Positions 1 to 12,437 of a stretch of DNA of 64,000 bases are shown here, piece after piece (position 1 is the stretch's first letter; each line of letters opens with the position of its first letter). Under the pieces are notes generated by a model. It did no database searches. It had not been told where the DNA came from and saw only the letters and a list, made by a program, of their open reading frames with translations. The position numbers and the translations under genes were made by a program. The stretch is from an uncultured Planctomycetota bacterium (GTDB lineage: Bacteria > Planctomycetota > Planctomycetia > Isosphaerales > Isosphaeraceae): NCBI GenBank assembly GCA_963823665.1, contig CAWGMQ010000004.1, positions 1,120,001-1,184,000 of the forward strand. Direction: 5' to 3'.

Positions 1-230
1 CCGCGGTCGGAGCGGCCTCGGCGCGCCTTATCGCGGCCGGGGGCACTTCGATTGCACGGCCCCGCGCGCATCACGGAGTGGAAGCTCCTTTTTACACGAA
101 ACCGGCATTTCGGGCCAGAGAGAGTGGACTGGCCCAGGGATTCCGGAGTATTTTCCGCGTTCGTGAGACTGCGCGGCAATGCATTGCGCCTATCCAGGAG
201 GAAAAGAGCTTCATTACAGGTACTGCCGTC

Positions 231-3200
231 ATGCCCGTCGATCCTCGCCGCGTCAAAGTGCTATTCAACGCCGCCCTTGATCTGCCCCAAGCCATCGACC
301 GAGTCGCCTTCCTCGACCGGGAGTGTGCCGGGGACCGAGAATTGAGGCTGCGGCTGGACGTACTCATGGCCGCGCACGACTTGCCCGCAAGCGAGCTCGA
401 GCGCGCGCTGCCGGTGGCGGTGGAGGGTATTCCCTTTGCGGCCGCAGCTCGGACGGCCGCCGCCTCGGAGGCGCTCGCCGGCGATGGCGATCAAACGGCG
501 AGTCGTCGGGTGGCCGCTTCTGAGCCGGATTCGCTCATCGGCAGCGTGATCGCCGGACGTTACAAGCTGCGGCAGGAGATCGGTGAAGGGGGAATGGGGT
601 CGGTTTACCTCGCGGAGCAGACCCAGCCCGTGAAACGGCAGGTGGCTTTGAAGCTGATCAAGCCGGGAATGGATTCACGGACGGTCCTGGCCCGGTTCGA
701 GTCCGAGCGGCAGGCCCTGGCGCTCCTGGACCACCCGCACATTGCCAAGATTTTCGACGCCGGCACCACGGACGCGGGCCGGCCGTTCTTCGTGATGGAG
801 CTGGTCAAGGGCATCCCGATCACGGAATTCTGCGACGGGCACCGCCTGGCCGTGACGGAGCGCCTGGCCCTGTTCCGTCAGATCTGCTCGGCCGTACAGC
901 ACGCGCACCAGAAAGGGATCATTCACCGTGACTTGAAGCCGACCAACATCCTGGTGGAAAGTCACGATGGCCAGCCGGTGCCCAAGGTCATCGACTTCGG
1001 ATTGGCCAAGGCCACCAGCGGCTTGCAGCTCTCGGAGCACAGCGTGTTCACGGCATTCGGCACGGTCGCTGGGACACCGCTCTACATGGCGCCCGAGCAG
1101 GCTGCATTCAACGCGCTGGACATCGACACGCGGGCCGATATTTACGCGCTTGGGGTCGTTCTTTACGAGATCTTGACCGGCAGCACGCCGATCCGTCGCG
1201 AGACATTCCGGCAAGCGGCACTCGAGGAGATGCTGCGATTGATCCGCGAAGTCGAGCCCCCGACGCCCAGCAGCCGCATCAGCACGTCGGACACCCTGCC
1301 CTCCATTGCCGCGACGAGGCAGATCGAGCCGGCGAAGCTGAGCCGGTTCGTGCGCGGCGAACTGGACTGGATCGTGATGAAGGCGCTCGCCAAGGAGCGG
1401 AACAGGAGGTACGAGTCGGCGATCGCGCTGGCCCAGGATATCGAGCGATTCGGCAACCACGAGCCGGTGGCGGCAGGGCCGCCGAGTGCGGCTTACCGGT
1501 TCCGGAAATTCGCGCGCAGGCATCGTTTCGCGCTGGCAACGGGTGGAGCATTCGCTGCCTTGCTCGTCGCCGCGGCGGCCGGCGGAACGGGTCTTGCATT
1601 GTGGGCCGACCGCCAGCGGGTTCGCGCGGTTTCCGCCGAGCATCTGGCCGAGGAGGAGCAAGCCCGCGCCCAGGAGCGCGAACAGATGGCGATCGACGCG
1701 GTGCGGCGCTATGGCGACGTCGTGGGCGAAAACCTCGAGCTCAAGAGCAACCCCGGTCTGGCCAAGCTCCGCGCGACGCTGCTGAAGGAGCCCCAGGCAT
1801 TCTTCCAGCGGCTGCGGGACCGGCTGCAAGCCGATCGAGAGACGACTCAGAAGTCGCTAGCCCGATTGGCGGAGGCGAACTTCGACCTCGGTAAGCTCTC
1901 CGACGAGATCGGAAATAAAGAGGACGCTTTGAAAGCCTTTGAGGAATCACTGGCGATCTGGGAACCGCTGGCGAGTGAGAACGCATCAATCGCCGCGTTC
2001 CAGGACAAGCTTGCGACGATTCACAACGCCATCGGCGTGCTCCAGAAAGCAACGGGGCGGCTGTCGGATGCACTCAAGTCTTACGAGCGCACTGCGCGAT
2101 CCGGGAGCGACTGGTCCGCGAAGAACCGTCGTCAACTCCTTTCCAGGGCGCGCTGGCCGACTGCTACGACAACATCGGCGTATTACACGGGGGCACGCGT
2201 CAAGCGGGCGAGGCCGTCGCCTGGTTCGAGCGAGCACGCGCGATTCGTGAGCGCCTGGCGGAGAAAAACCCCTCGATGATGCAGTTGCAGATGGGTCTGG
2301 CGCGCAGCTATACGAACCTCGCCGTTCGCCAGTTTGAGTCCACGCGGTATGCAGAGGCACTGGAGTTGAGTGAACGCGCCCGGGCTCTGTGCGAGCGGAT
2401 CGTGCATGAGCACCCGTCGGTCATCGACTGCCGGACCCTGCTTGCGAACAATCTCCACAACATGGCTCTCGTCAAACGCTTGACGGCCCGGTTGGCCGAG
2501 GCCATCGCGCTTGAAGGACAAGCCATCGCGATCCGCGAGAAACTCGCGAGCGACAATCCGTCGGTCACGGGACTCCAGCGCGATCTGGCCGCGAGCCACA
2601 ACAACATTGGGGGCCTCAAACGCGAGGCAGGCAGGCCGACCGAGGCCATCGAGGCATACGAGCGGGCCCGCGTGATCAGCGAGAAGCTGGCGCGAGCACC
2701 CGACGGTCAGCGAGTTCCAGGTGGACCATGCGGGGAGCCTCAGCAGTATCGGCAACCAACTGCGCACGATGGGGCGCGGCGCAGGCGGCGGCGACCTTCG
2801 AGCAGGCGCGGGCAATCTGGGAGCGGCAGGCGCGTGATCATCCCGAGTCGCCCGATTTCGCGAGCGGACTGGGTGCGGTCTTGAACAATATCGCCATGAT
2901 CGAGACGGACGGGCACGAATTTGAAAAAGCCCGAGCCACGCTGGGGCAGGCGATCGAATGGCAGCGCAAGGCCCTGGAGGCGAATTCGAGTCACCCTGTG
3001 TACCGGAACTTCCTGTCGAACCATCTGCACAACATGGTCATTGCCGCGGAAGGTCTTGGCCGCAGCGATCTAGCCGAGCAGGCCCGCGCTGAGCTTGCCG
3101 GGCTGACCGCGGGCGACCCCGGGAAGGCGGGCGTCGATGCACGGCTCTTCGCGGTGCTCGCCGGGAAGGAATCGCCCAAAAGCGACGCCGAGCGAATCGG

Positions 3201-3645
3201 GCTTGCTGTTCGAGCGTATGAGAAATCGCTGCACGCGGCATCGGCCCGGCTCTACGCCGCGGCTCTTGCAGGTGATCCGAAGCTCACTGGCGATCGCAGG
3301 GCCCAGCATGCTTATAACGCCGCGTGCGCGGCCGCGCTCGCCGGCACAGGTCACGGCAAGGATGACCCGCCGCCGGACGAGACCGCCAAGGCCAAGCTGC
3401 GCGATCAGTGCCGCGAATGGCTCAAGGGCGAGCTCGGCGCCTGGGGGAAATTCCTCGATGGCGGACGGGCCGAGACCAGGTCTGTTGTGACGCAGGTGCT
3501 CAAGCACTGGAAATCCGACGGCGACCTGGCCGGCGTTCGCGACGACATCGAACTGGCCAAATTACCTGAAGGCGAGCGCGCCGCCTTCAGGCAGGTGTGG
3601 AACAACGTCAATCAGCTTCTCGTCCGAGCTGGCGGGGGCAAGTAG
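231..3645 (+). CDS. Ser/Thr protein kinase with TM segment and TPR repeats (split by ~3 frameshifts near 2093, 2695, 2778)
   Basis: ORF 78..2279 has GEGGMG, VALKLIK, HRDLKPTN, DFG and GTPLYMAPE, then a hydrophobic segment. TPR-like repeats continue in 2276..2884 and 2728..3645. Likely ATG at 231 (MPVDPRRVKVLFNAAL). Confidence 0.85.
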
Positions 3646-3714
3646 CCCATTGTCTCTTTTCTGAGACTCGCGAATGATCGCGTATCCGGCACGGTTCCGG
3701 TGGAAGCGTTGCAT

Positions 3715-4485
3715 CTAAGCCGACGTCGGGTTCTCTTGTGGTGGTGAGCCGTGTTCGACGAAGTATTGAAAATCCCTTGGGCAGACGTCCCATGCCGCCA
3801 TGTACGATTTTTCGAGCGGCACGTCGACGTAGAGATCGGGGTCCATCCAGGCGGGCATGTCACGTAGTTGAGAACCGAGGCGGAGCGGTTCGATGAACGC
3901 TTCCGGCGTGAATTCAACGAGGGGCGCGGCCGCGCGGTAGGAGACGAGAAGGAGCGGTTCGTCGGCGGGTAGCTCGAAAGGGATGTCTTCGTCGAACTCA
4001 TCCCAGATGAGCTTATGCAGGCTGTGCGGGTCTTGCGGGCCCGGTGGGAAAGGATCGACAACAAGAAGATTGATCCCGCGTCTCAGGAAGTCGCCCGCTT
4101 TGGCAACGAACCCCCGGGTGGCGAGTTTGCCGTTCTTATTCCCCGGGGAGACGACTTCGATCAACGAGACGACTTCCCCGAGCTGGTGGCGGATCGTGAT
4201 CCGGTTGGCTCGCTCGTGAAACCTGGCCTCGCGGGGTTGCACGACCATCCGCGTGCGTGGGGGCGCCAACGTCATCGTCTCTTTTTCTGAGCGAGAGGGT
4301 TTTGCGCTGGGAAGTTGCACTTTCAACCCGTCGGGATGAAGTTCGGACGAGTATTGCTCCACGAGTGCGGAATACCCTTCAGGCAGCATACCGGCATTGA
4401 GCGCGTCGCAGATCGCGATCGTCCAGTGCTGGTGAAAGTGGTGGTATATCGTGGCCGGAACACGTTTCCAGTTGTGCATAGGCAT
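3715..4485 (-). CDS. DUF4058 family protein (planctomycete-expanded)
   Basis: N-terminus MPMHNWKRVPATIYHHFHQHW and IEVVSPGNK...LLVVDPFPPG motifs typical of DUF4058. Confidence 0.75.
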   Translation of the reverse strand: MPMHNWKRVPATIYHHFHQHWTIAICDALNAGMLPEGYSALVEQYSSELHPDGLKVQLPSAKPSRSEKETMTLAPPRTRMVVQPREARFHERANRITIRHQLGEVVSLIEVVSPGNKNGKLATRGFVAKAGDFLRRGINLLVVDPFPPGPQDPHSLHKLIWDEFDEDIPFELPADEPLLLVSYRAAAPLVEFTPEAFIEPLRLGSQLRDMPAWMDPDLYVDVPLEKSYMAAWDVCPRDFQYFVEHGSPPQENPTSA

Positions 4486-4574
4486 GGCAGAGCCTCCATT
4501 TGAATCATACCAACGCGGAGGGCTTGATTCACGGGCTTCTCTGGCTTAGGAACAGGTCGGAAACAACTTCCGCC

Positions 4575-4725
4575 GATTCACGCCAAGCGCGCCGCGGAGC
4601 GGCACAAAGACCTTTCCGACGCGGCGCGTCGGAACGAGGGCTTTCGTTCGATTTACGTCAAGCGCGCCGCGGAGCGGCACAAAGACCGTTCCGACGCGGC
4701 GCGTCGGAACGAGGGCTTTCGTTCG
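4575..4725. repeat. Tandem 75-bp duplication containing a REP-like hairpin (TTCCGACGCG-G-CGCGTCGGAA)
   Basis: Units start at 4575 and 4650 and are near-identical; each has a perfect 10-bp inverted repeat; intergenic. Confidence 0.85.
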
Positions 4726-4903
4726 TGGCGGAGTGGATACCGAAATCGGGAAGTTAATTCCGGGCTGTTCCTTAGCGTCGCGATATTTCATTCGCGAAGT
4801 TTGAGCGGAAGGCTCCCCGAGCCGCTGGACGGCGCACTGCGACGCATGCCTTCGCATTGCGCCGTCCGATCGGCGGGGCGAGGGGTCGAGGGTTGGCCAG
4901 ACT

Positions 4904-7079
4904 CTATGGGAACGGGATGACCCCGGCGGCGACCAGCGACATGAAGTCGGCCAGCGTCCCCAGGCCGGCGGACCGCACGAGGACCGAATGGCCTTCCCGC
5001 TGGACTCGCATACTCTTCAAGAACGCCTGCGCCATCCGAAACGCTTTCTCTTCGCCGGCGCTACGGGGATTGGTTTTCGCGCTGGGCACCTCGAGATCTT
5101 TGCGCAGCACGTCGAGGATGTCTTCAATCGCTCGGGCTGTCGATTCACACGCGCCGCCGTCGGGGCAAGTGCCGATGCCCCGGAACACGATCTGGTCGTC
5201 GTCCTCAAGCCCGAGGGCCCAGAGGTCGGTGTGCTCGAGCGGAGACGTTACTGCGGATAATTGCGCATCCACAGGGCCATCGCCCTTGATGGGCTTCGCC
5301 AGGCGCCCCCCGCGATTGTCGAGGGCGATGAGGAAGAGGCCCCGGAGATACTGGTCCCAGTCCTTGCCCTGCGCGAATGCGGGTGCGGGGGGAGGAGTCG
5401 CACGGCGGAGCTGCTTGAGCAGCCGCCTCTCCGACTCGGCCGGGAGTGTTTCGCCGGTGAATACGAGAGTCCGGTCGTCAGGGCAGAAGAAGAGAACTTC
5501 CGGAACCAGCGGAGTATCCTTCCACCGGTAGTAGACCCGATCTCCGTCGTGCGCCTCGATGACGTCCATCTTGAACAGTCGAAGGAGCGCCACCCAGTCG
5601 ATCGGTTCGGTCGTCCGGATCGTCAACATTGTTGCGGCAAACCGCCCGTTCGGTTCCGGGCCCTTCGTACGGAAGACCCGCACACTGGCCGAGACCTGCT
5701 CGAAGAGGTCGACCGTCAACGGCTTCTGGCCCAGCTTAGTTGGGTCGAACTTCAGGGCGGTCGCGGCCTTCGCCCACTGCTGAGCGATCCACACATTGAT
5801 CATCGTTCGGTAGACGCCCATGCCCGAACGCCGGAACGCGGCCGCGGGCCGGAATGCCACGACGGCCTGCGAGTCGTCATCGGTGACGTACGACAGGTCA
5901 AGGGGCCTGGAAGACTCGCTCCCAGTACCCTCGACCGACAGGTTGGCGAGGACGTAATTCGTCCCCGAGACCGGAGGCGCGTTGGGGTCGTCCGCGAGGG
6001 CCGGCCCGTGGAGCAGCGACGCACCGGCTCCGACGGCCACAAGCAGTGACGCTGCCAGCGCCTGACACATGCGCGACCACGGCCGGTCCAGCGCCTTCGT
6101 TTCCTCGCGCAACATGGCGATCCTCCTGATCAAGGTCCCGCGCCGGCAGGAACGCCCTGGCCGGCCAGCATGGGAGACGTCCTTCCTGCCGCAGCGCCAG
6201 CCGCGACAGGCTTCGCAAGTATCGGGCCCTCCCGCCTGCAAACCGCGCCCCGAGCGCGTCGGCGGCCAGTTCTTGCTCCAGTCGGAGACGGGCTGCCAGC
6301 CAGTGCACCAGGGGGTGGTAGAAGTACAGGGCCATGGCGACCCGGGCCACTATTCCTGTGAGATAATCATCGCGGCGGATGTGCGCCAGCTCATGCGCAA
6401 GGACGGCCCGGCGCTCGTCGTCGTCCCACGACCGCCAGTCTTCGGGCAGCAGGATGACGTGGCTGCGCCACCCCGCAGTGGCCGGCGCGGTCAGGTCCGG
6501 TGACTCGCGAACGTCGACCCGGCGCCGGCAGACCATCGAGGCCAGAAGATCCGCCCACATGCGGCCAAGCTCGGGTTCCTTCACGGTCCGGCTCCGGCTC
6601 CGGAGGAGATGGACGGCCCAGAGGCCTGCGAGCAGCCGAAACAGTCCTCCAGCGGCCCCGATCAGGCAGGCAACCGCCAGGACCCTTCCCCAGGGCCGGC
6701 AGCATGCCGCCGGCTCGGCCGCCGTTCTTTCGAGGCGCTCCCAGACTTCCCGGAGCCTGGAGAGCGTCAGCCCTGGCCGGTCTTCCGCCGGCATATCCGC
6801 GGGCTGGGGCCCGGGTCCGCCCCCAGCCGAGGGGACCAGGACTGCGGGCGTGAGCGAGGCGCGCTGCACAGTGCGAGACTCGGCCGGGCTCGGTACCAAG
6901 CCCTGCAAGCCGAGCGACAGAAGGCCGACCACCACGGCAAGGCCGAGGCCAAACGACGAGACCCAGGCTCCAGAGGCGGGACTCCGCCGTGAAGCCAGAG
7001 CGTGGAGCGCCGCGGCCGCCAACAGGACGAGAGAGACCTGAATTGCGGACCAGATCAGCATCAGCCCCAGGTGGTTCAT
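4904..7079 (-). CDS. BlaR1/MecR1-like M56 family metallopeptidase (frameshift near 6137)
   Basis: 5898..7079 has TM helices, HELAH zinc motif, YFYHPLVHW and EQELAAD. The C-terminal part is in 4904..6241 (..GTLIRRIAMLR, TM, soluble domain). It lies directly downstream of a BlaI-like gene. Confidence 0.85.
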
Positions 7080-7459
7080 TGGCCTTGCTCCTTCATAATC
7101 TCCTCAAGCAGGTCGCGCTCCTCGGCCGTAAGCGCCCGCTGCTCTACGAGCCGCTTGAGGAGTTGAGCACGCGAGCCGCGGAACACGCGCCCGAGCAGGT
7201 CCCCGAGGAGCCGGCCGGAGACATCCTCAAACGACCGAACGACTCGGTAACGGAACGGCTTATCCTTGTTCACCTGCCGGAGGAATCCCTTCTCGGCCAG
7301 CCCTCGCACGAGGTTGGCGATCGTCGGGTACGTCCTGTCGAGCCCCGAGACCGCGAGGTGGGCGCGCGCCTCCGCCGCCGTCGCCTCGCCGTGCCGCCAG
7401 AAGGCGTGCATGACCTCGAGCTCCCGTTCCGTCAGGTCTTTCGCAGGCGGGCGTCCCAT
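7076..7459 (-). CDS. BlaI/MecI/CopY family transcriptional repressor
   Basis: MGRPPAKDLTERELEVMHAFW...TYPTIANLVRGLAEKG...LLGRVFRGS; 4-bp overlap with the M56 gene. Confidence 0.9.
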   Translation of the reverse strand: MGRPPAKDLTERELEVMHAFWRHGEATAAEARAHLAVSGLDRTYPTIANLVRGLAEKGFLRQVNKDKPFRYRVVRSFEDVSGRLLGDLLGRVFRGSRAQLLKRLVEQRALTAEERDLLEEIMKEQGQ

Positions 7460-7478
7460 CCCACCGACCCCCCAGCCG

Positions 7479-7533
7479 ATTTGGTTTTCCGAATTTGGTT
7501 TTCCGAATCTAGCGACTCTGGCGATTTCGTCAA
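7479..7533 (-). promoter_or_regulatory. Putative sigma70 promoter (TTGACG-16 nt-TAGATT) with a tandem 14-bp candidate operator
   Basis: -35 at 7533-7528 and -10 at 7511-7506. ATTTGGTTTTCCGA is repeated exactly at 7479-7492 and 7493-7506, just upstream of the blaI-like ATG. Confidence 0.55.
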
Positions 7534-7593
7534 TGCCGTGTTGCTCTGCGAGGCGCAAGATCCGAGAGGTCGCGCGAGACTTCCGGAATTCGT

Positions 7594-7989
7594 TCATGCC
7601 TGCTTAGCGACCGCCGCACTGCTCTCGGCGACGAGGCGGTTCATCGCTTCGTCAGCCGGCCGGATCTCGAATGGCCCCATCCTGACCCCCGGGTGTTTCG
7701 ACATGAGCTCGATCGCGTGGTTCAAGTCGCGGGCTTCCAGCAGCAGGATTCCGCCGAGTGATTCCTTGGTCTCCGCGAACGGGCCATCGGTCACTGCGAT
7801 CGCCCCATCCTTCATGCTCAACGTGACCGCGTTACGGACGGAATCGAGCGATTCGCCTCCGAGGAAATGCCCGCCACGGCGAAGTTCATCGTCGTAGGCG
7901 AAGCACTCTTCGATCATTCTCTGTGCTTCTTGCTGCGGAATCTGTGCAAACTTCGACTCATCGATGAAACCTAAGCAGACGAATCTCAT
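7594..7989 (-). CDS. YciI family protein (DGPF domain)
   Basis: [15 protein letters not shown] and FEIRP motifs. Confidence 0.9.
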   Translation of the reverse strand: MRFVCLGFIDESKFAQIPQQEAQRMIEECFAYDDELRRGGHFLGGESLDSVRNAVTLSMKDGAIAVTDGPFAETKESLGGILLLEARDLNHAIELMSKHPGVRMGPFEIRPADEAMNRLVAESSAAVAKQA

Positions 7990-8223
7990 GCGATTGCTCG
8001 TTTAATGGGTGCCCATTTGGAGTTGCTCGGCATTGACTGTTGCCAAGCTGTCTGCCACCAGTCGAATGGGGCAGGCCGCGATCGACAGCATAGCAGGAAT
8101 TCTCTCAAGGATTTTCAACTGCGTGCCCATTTACGGGCCATCGCGTGGCGCCTACGCCGAGTATCAATGTGGTCGCTGGGATTGAGTCCCGGCGACAGGC
8201 GAGTCGAGGGTGGTCGGCTGTCA

Positions 8224-11200
8224 CTACGGGTGCGGCTCGTGCGCCTTGCGAATCAGGGCATCGACCTCGGCCCAGAGGGCCAGCCAGTCCCGGCGCTCGG
8301 CCTCGGGGAGACGGGCGAGGCCCTCAGCATGGCGGACGCTGACCAGGTCGGTGTCCTTCCGCCATTGTCGCATCGCCCGGAGTACGAGATTGCGATCCTG
8401 CGGCGAGCCGGATGCCAGCGTATGGGACCAGATCTTCAGGTCGATCTTGAGCCACCGGAGAGCCTGGCGCCGTAAGTCGGCTGCGGATGCGATGTCGGGC
8501 GGCGCTTCGTGCTGCCCTTCGCCCGCTGCGGCCATCACGGCGGTGCAGGCCGCACTGAACCAACACTGGAAGCGGCGATCGTCGCCGAGCATCGGATCCG
8601 CTTCAAGCGCCCAGTCCCAGTACCGGGCCGACGCGACGAATCTCTTTTGGTCGGAGCAGATCAACGCCGAGTCCAGCGATTCCATGGGGTCGTTCGGCCG
8701 CGCCTCGCCGGTTGGCCTGGTTGGCAGCCGCGCAGTCCGCGCGGCCATTCGCTCGACGTGGGCGACCCAAGCCGCCGAATGCCAGCGATCGGGGACCAGG
8801 TTCGGACCCGTCTCCCGGACCTTCCGGATCATGGCCAGTGCTTCGGTGTATTCTCCCTTCTTCTGGAGGGCCATCGCGATTTGGAGGACGACGAAATGTT
8901 CATTTACCTGGGAGTCCTTCAGACGTATCGCCTCACGATACTCGCGGATGGCCCCGTCGAGATCCTCCCGATCTTTCAGGATGGTGCCGAGGCACTCGTG
9001 GAGCCGCCCATCGGCGGGATTGGCCGCGATCGCCGCCCGGCACTCGGCTTCGGCTTCTTCGAACCGCCCGGTCCAGCGCAGATTATTGGCCAGCACATGA
9101 CGTGCCGAAGCGTCATCGGGCTTGATCCGGACGACTTCGCGGGCTTCCGCCACCGCTTCCTCGAGTCTCCGCTGGGTCAGCAAGGCCCGACAAAGAGCGA
9201 GATGGGTGGAGACGCTCGAGGGCCGAATGGCGACCGCCGTCGCCAGATGTCGAACCGCTTCCTCCGGGTCTGGGAAAAGATCTTCACTAGAGAGGCTCTC
9301 TTCCAGCGGCGGCCCGAGGGCGCGGGCCAGCTCGACACGGACCCGGAAGTCGTCCGGGTAGCGGCGGGCAGCCCTCCGCAAGACCGACGCCGCCCGCTCG
9401 CCATCGCCGCAGCCGAACTTGAGCTGACGGGCCAGCAACAAAAGTCCCGGCGCGGCCTGATCCTCCAGCCCGGGGTGTCCGGCCATGCGGTGGAACTCGG
9501 CCACCGCCGCAGGGTCGTTGTTCCCGAGCTTCTCCCGCAGGACGTCGCGCCACGGGTCGGGGTCGCCCCCGCGCGCCGCGGCCACCAGGCGCCGCCAATC
9601 CGACTCTCGGCGGCCCGCCGCTCGACGCACGAAGGCCCAGTCGTCGAGGTATCCGGCGAGCTCAACTGGGTCAGTTCGAGACGCCAGCCACTTTCCGGCC
9701 TCATCGGGACTGGTCGCATCGAGATCCAGCCCGGCATTACGGAAGGCTCCGGCATAGTCGGCGTCCGTCAGCTTCAACGAACTGTTCTCGACCCGATTGC
9801 CCCGGACCGACTCGAGTTCCGCCAGCAAAACGCGGTCGATCTCGATCTGCCGCGCCTTCTCAGCGGCGGCCGAGCGGTCTTGCTCGACCTCGGATACCAG
9901 TGCGTCGACGCGCCTCTTCAGAACCTCATCCGACTCGCCGTGCGCGAGCAGGCCGTCCGCCCGCTTCGCCGCCGTGAGCGCCGCTGACCAGCGGCCCGCG
10001 TCGGTTGGCGGCGCTGATCGCGCCTCGCCGAGTAGCCGGGACGCGTCCGACAGAGCCTCGTCGACGGCCAGGGCCGTTTTCGACAGGCGGTCGGCCCGCT
10101 GCCGCTGGTTCCAGGCGAAGCCGCCGCCGCCGAGCACGCCGAGCAGGATCAGGCTCGTAGCGACGACCGTCGTCAGGCGGCGCCGCGCCCGCTCCTCGAC
10201 GCGCTCCAATTCGGCCCGCCGTAACCGGTCCTGAACGCCCGCCAGGTAGTCTGTCATGCGGTCAGACACTGCGCCCGCCGTGGGGGGCCGGTCCTGCGCC
10301 TCACGAGCCAGGCAGTCCTTGGCCAGGGAGATCAGGTCGGCGTCGGCCCCACAGGCGTCGAGCCGCGCCAGGGCGCCTGCGGTGTCACCGAGCGCGGCGG
10401 TGCGCTGGATCTCGCCCGAGTTGCGGCCGACGAATGCGGGCTCGGCAGTCAGGATTTCGCAGAGGATCGACCCGAGCGCGAAGACGTCGGCCCGCTCGTC
10501 GACGTGCTCGGATCTCTCCCCGGGCCTGCTCAGGGGCCATGTAGCTCGGGGTGCCCAGGACCGATCCGGCGCGACGAGAGGTCGCTGTCGGCCGAGCCGC
10601 TCCGGGCCGTGGCGATGACCGTCTCGTCACGCTGGACCTTGCCAGCCTCGGCGTCGTCGGCGACACCGCCGCGGGCCAAGACCTTGGCGAGGCCCCAATC
10701 CATCACCTGGACCTCGCCGAAGGCGCCAACCATGACGTTCGACGGCTTCAAGTCGCGGTGGATCACCCCGCGCGCGTGGGCGTAGGCGACGGTCTGCGCG
10801 ACCGCCTCGAAGATCGTCAGCAGTCGGTGCAGGCCGTCGCGGGGGTCCTTGCGGGCGGCCACGAGGCGGGCGAGCGTGTCGCCCTTGACCAGCTTCATGC
10901 TGAAGAACGGCCGGCGGTCGCCCAGTGTGCCCATCTCGTAGATTGGCACGACGCCGGGGTGCTGGAGCTGGCCGCCGATCTGCGCCTCTTCGACGAACCG
11001 GCGGACCATGTCGGCATTGTCGCGGAAGTCTTCGCGGAGCACCTTGAGCGCGACGTCGCGTCCGATATCTGGGTCGCGGCCTTTGAGCACGGCGCCCATG
11101 CCGCCGCGGGCAATCTCGCCGTCGATCCGGTAGCGTGTGCCCTGGCCGGCGTCGCCGCCGCCCGGACGGTGGACCGGCGGCTCGGGCCCGCCGTCGGTGT

Positions 11201-11552
11201 CGCGGAGCAGGACGTGCGGGACCGCGCCGACGGTCGCCGAGAGGGTTTCAAGAACTCCCCTTGCTGGAGGCCGGAATTCGGCCGTATCGCCCGCGCGAAT
11301 GGGCCGGGGCTGGAAACCCTCGTGTCGCCGCCGCCACTCGAGCTCGATGGCGATGAGCTCGGCCTTGAGGGCGGCCCGAAACGGCCCATCACCGAAGGGC
11401 AGGTGATCCTCGAACCGGGGTCGATCGCCCGATCGCCACGCCGCCTCGAAGCGGTCGCAGAGCCGGTCGATCTCCTCGGACTCGCGGACCGAGAGCGTCG
11501 CCGGCCCTTCTTCCCGCCCGTTGTTCGACCCGATGCGATGTTGTTCGTTCAT
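8224..11552 (-). CDS. Ser/Thr protein kinase with TM and TPR repeats, ECF-associated (frameshifts near 10575 and 10510)
   Basis: 10530..11552 has ARGGMG, VALK, HRDLKPSN and [16 protein letters not shown] is in the 10385..10666 frame; TM and TPR are in 8224..10269. ATGA overlap with the upstream sigma gene. Confidence 0.85.
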
Positions 11553-12136
11553 GAGCCCCCTTCGGCCAACCAGCGCTTGCGGATGAGGGCCAGCTTCCGC
11601 TCGACGGTCCGAAGCCCGCAGTTGAGTGCCGCGGCGATCTCTTCGTTGGCGTAGCCCTCCAGCCTGAGCCGGACGACCTGCCGGAGCGAGTCGTCGGAGA
11701 GGGCCTCGAACAGCCGGCGCGACTCATCCGCCACGAGCGCCGCGAACTCGGGCGAGGGGTCGGCGCCGGCGACCTCGGCCAGGACGCCCGGATCGTCGAA
11801 CTCGGCGAGTCCGCCGCGCTTGTGGCGGAGCTCGTCCCGCGAGGCGTTGCTAGCCTTGCGCGAGGCGATGGTGACGAGGAGCCGCCAGAGGTCGTCTCGG
11901 CTGTCCAGGCGATCGAACCGACCGGCGGCGGCGCCTCGGAAGAAGCTATCGAAGACACTCAGCGCGACGTCTTCGCCGTCGGCGGGTCCCCGCGAGGCAG
12001 CCCGCAGTCGCCCGTGGGCCAGCCGCGCGAGCTTGGCGAAATAGCGGTCCCAGAGGAGTTTCGAGGCGTCGTCGTGCCGTGAGGTCCCGAGGCCCCTGAT
12101 CCAGCCTGTGACAGAATCGGTGTTTTTGGTTCTCAA
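11549..12136 (-). CDS. ECF-type RNA polymerase sigma factor (kinase-associated planctomycete type)
   Basis: SVTGWI...LWDRYFAKLARLA...DGEDVALSVFDSFF...DLWRLL, and region 4 LEGYANEEIAAALNCGLRTVERKL. Confidence 0.9.
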   Translation of the reverse strand: MRTKNTDSVTGWIRGLGTSRHDDASKLLWDRYFAKLARLAHGRLRAASRGPADGEDVALSVFDSFFRGAAAGRFDRLDSRDDLWRLLVTIASRKASNASRDELRHKRGGLAEFDDPGVLAEVAGADPSPEFAALVADESRRLFEALSDDSLRQVVRLRLEGYANEEIAAALNCGLRTVERKLALIRKRWLAEGGS

Positions 12137-12437
12137 GAAAGCGGTCCTCGCTTATTCGGGCGGACGCTGACCTCGTGCTTCATTCTAGCGGCTCCTGTGG
12201 CGAACGCGAACCCAGACCCCTCCCCGAGACCGGATGGTCCGCAGCCAGACCCCCTCACTGTTTATCACCGTCTCCGAGACTGACCCGCCGCGCCGCACAA
12301 GGTTTTCCCGCCCCGGGAGTGCCCCGGGGAAGAAATCTTAACCGGCCATGGCGGGCCGGAGGCCGGGGCGGTGATCCTTGTCGTGAGGAGGCAGTACAAC
12401 CAGCCAATACAGCTCGACACGCCTTGAGGAATCATCC

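Noticed and set aside
1..230. Partner ECF sigma gene upstream of the first kinase
   Set aside because: No recognisable sigma region 4 in these 230 bp; it may lie outside the window.
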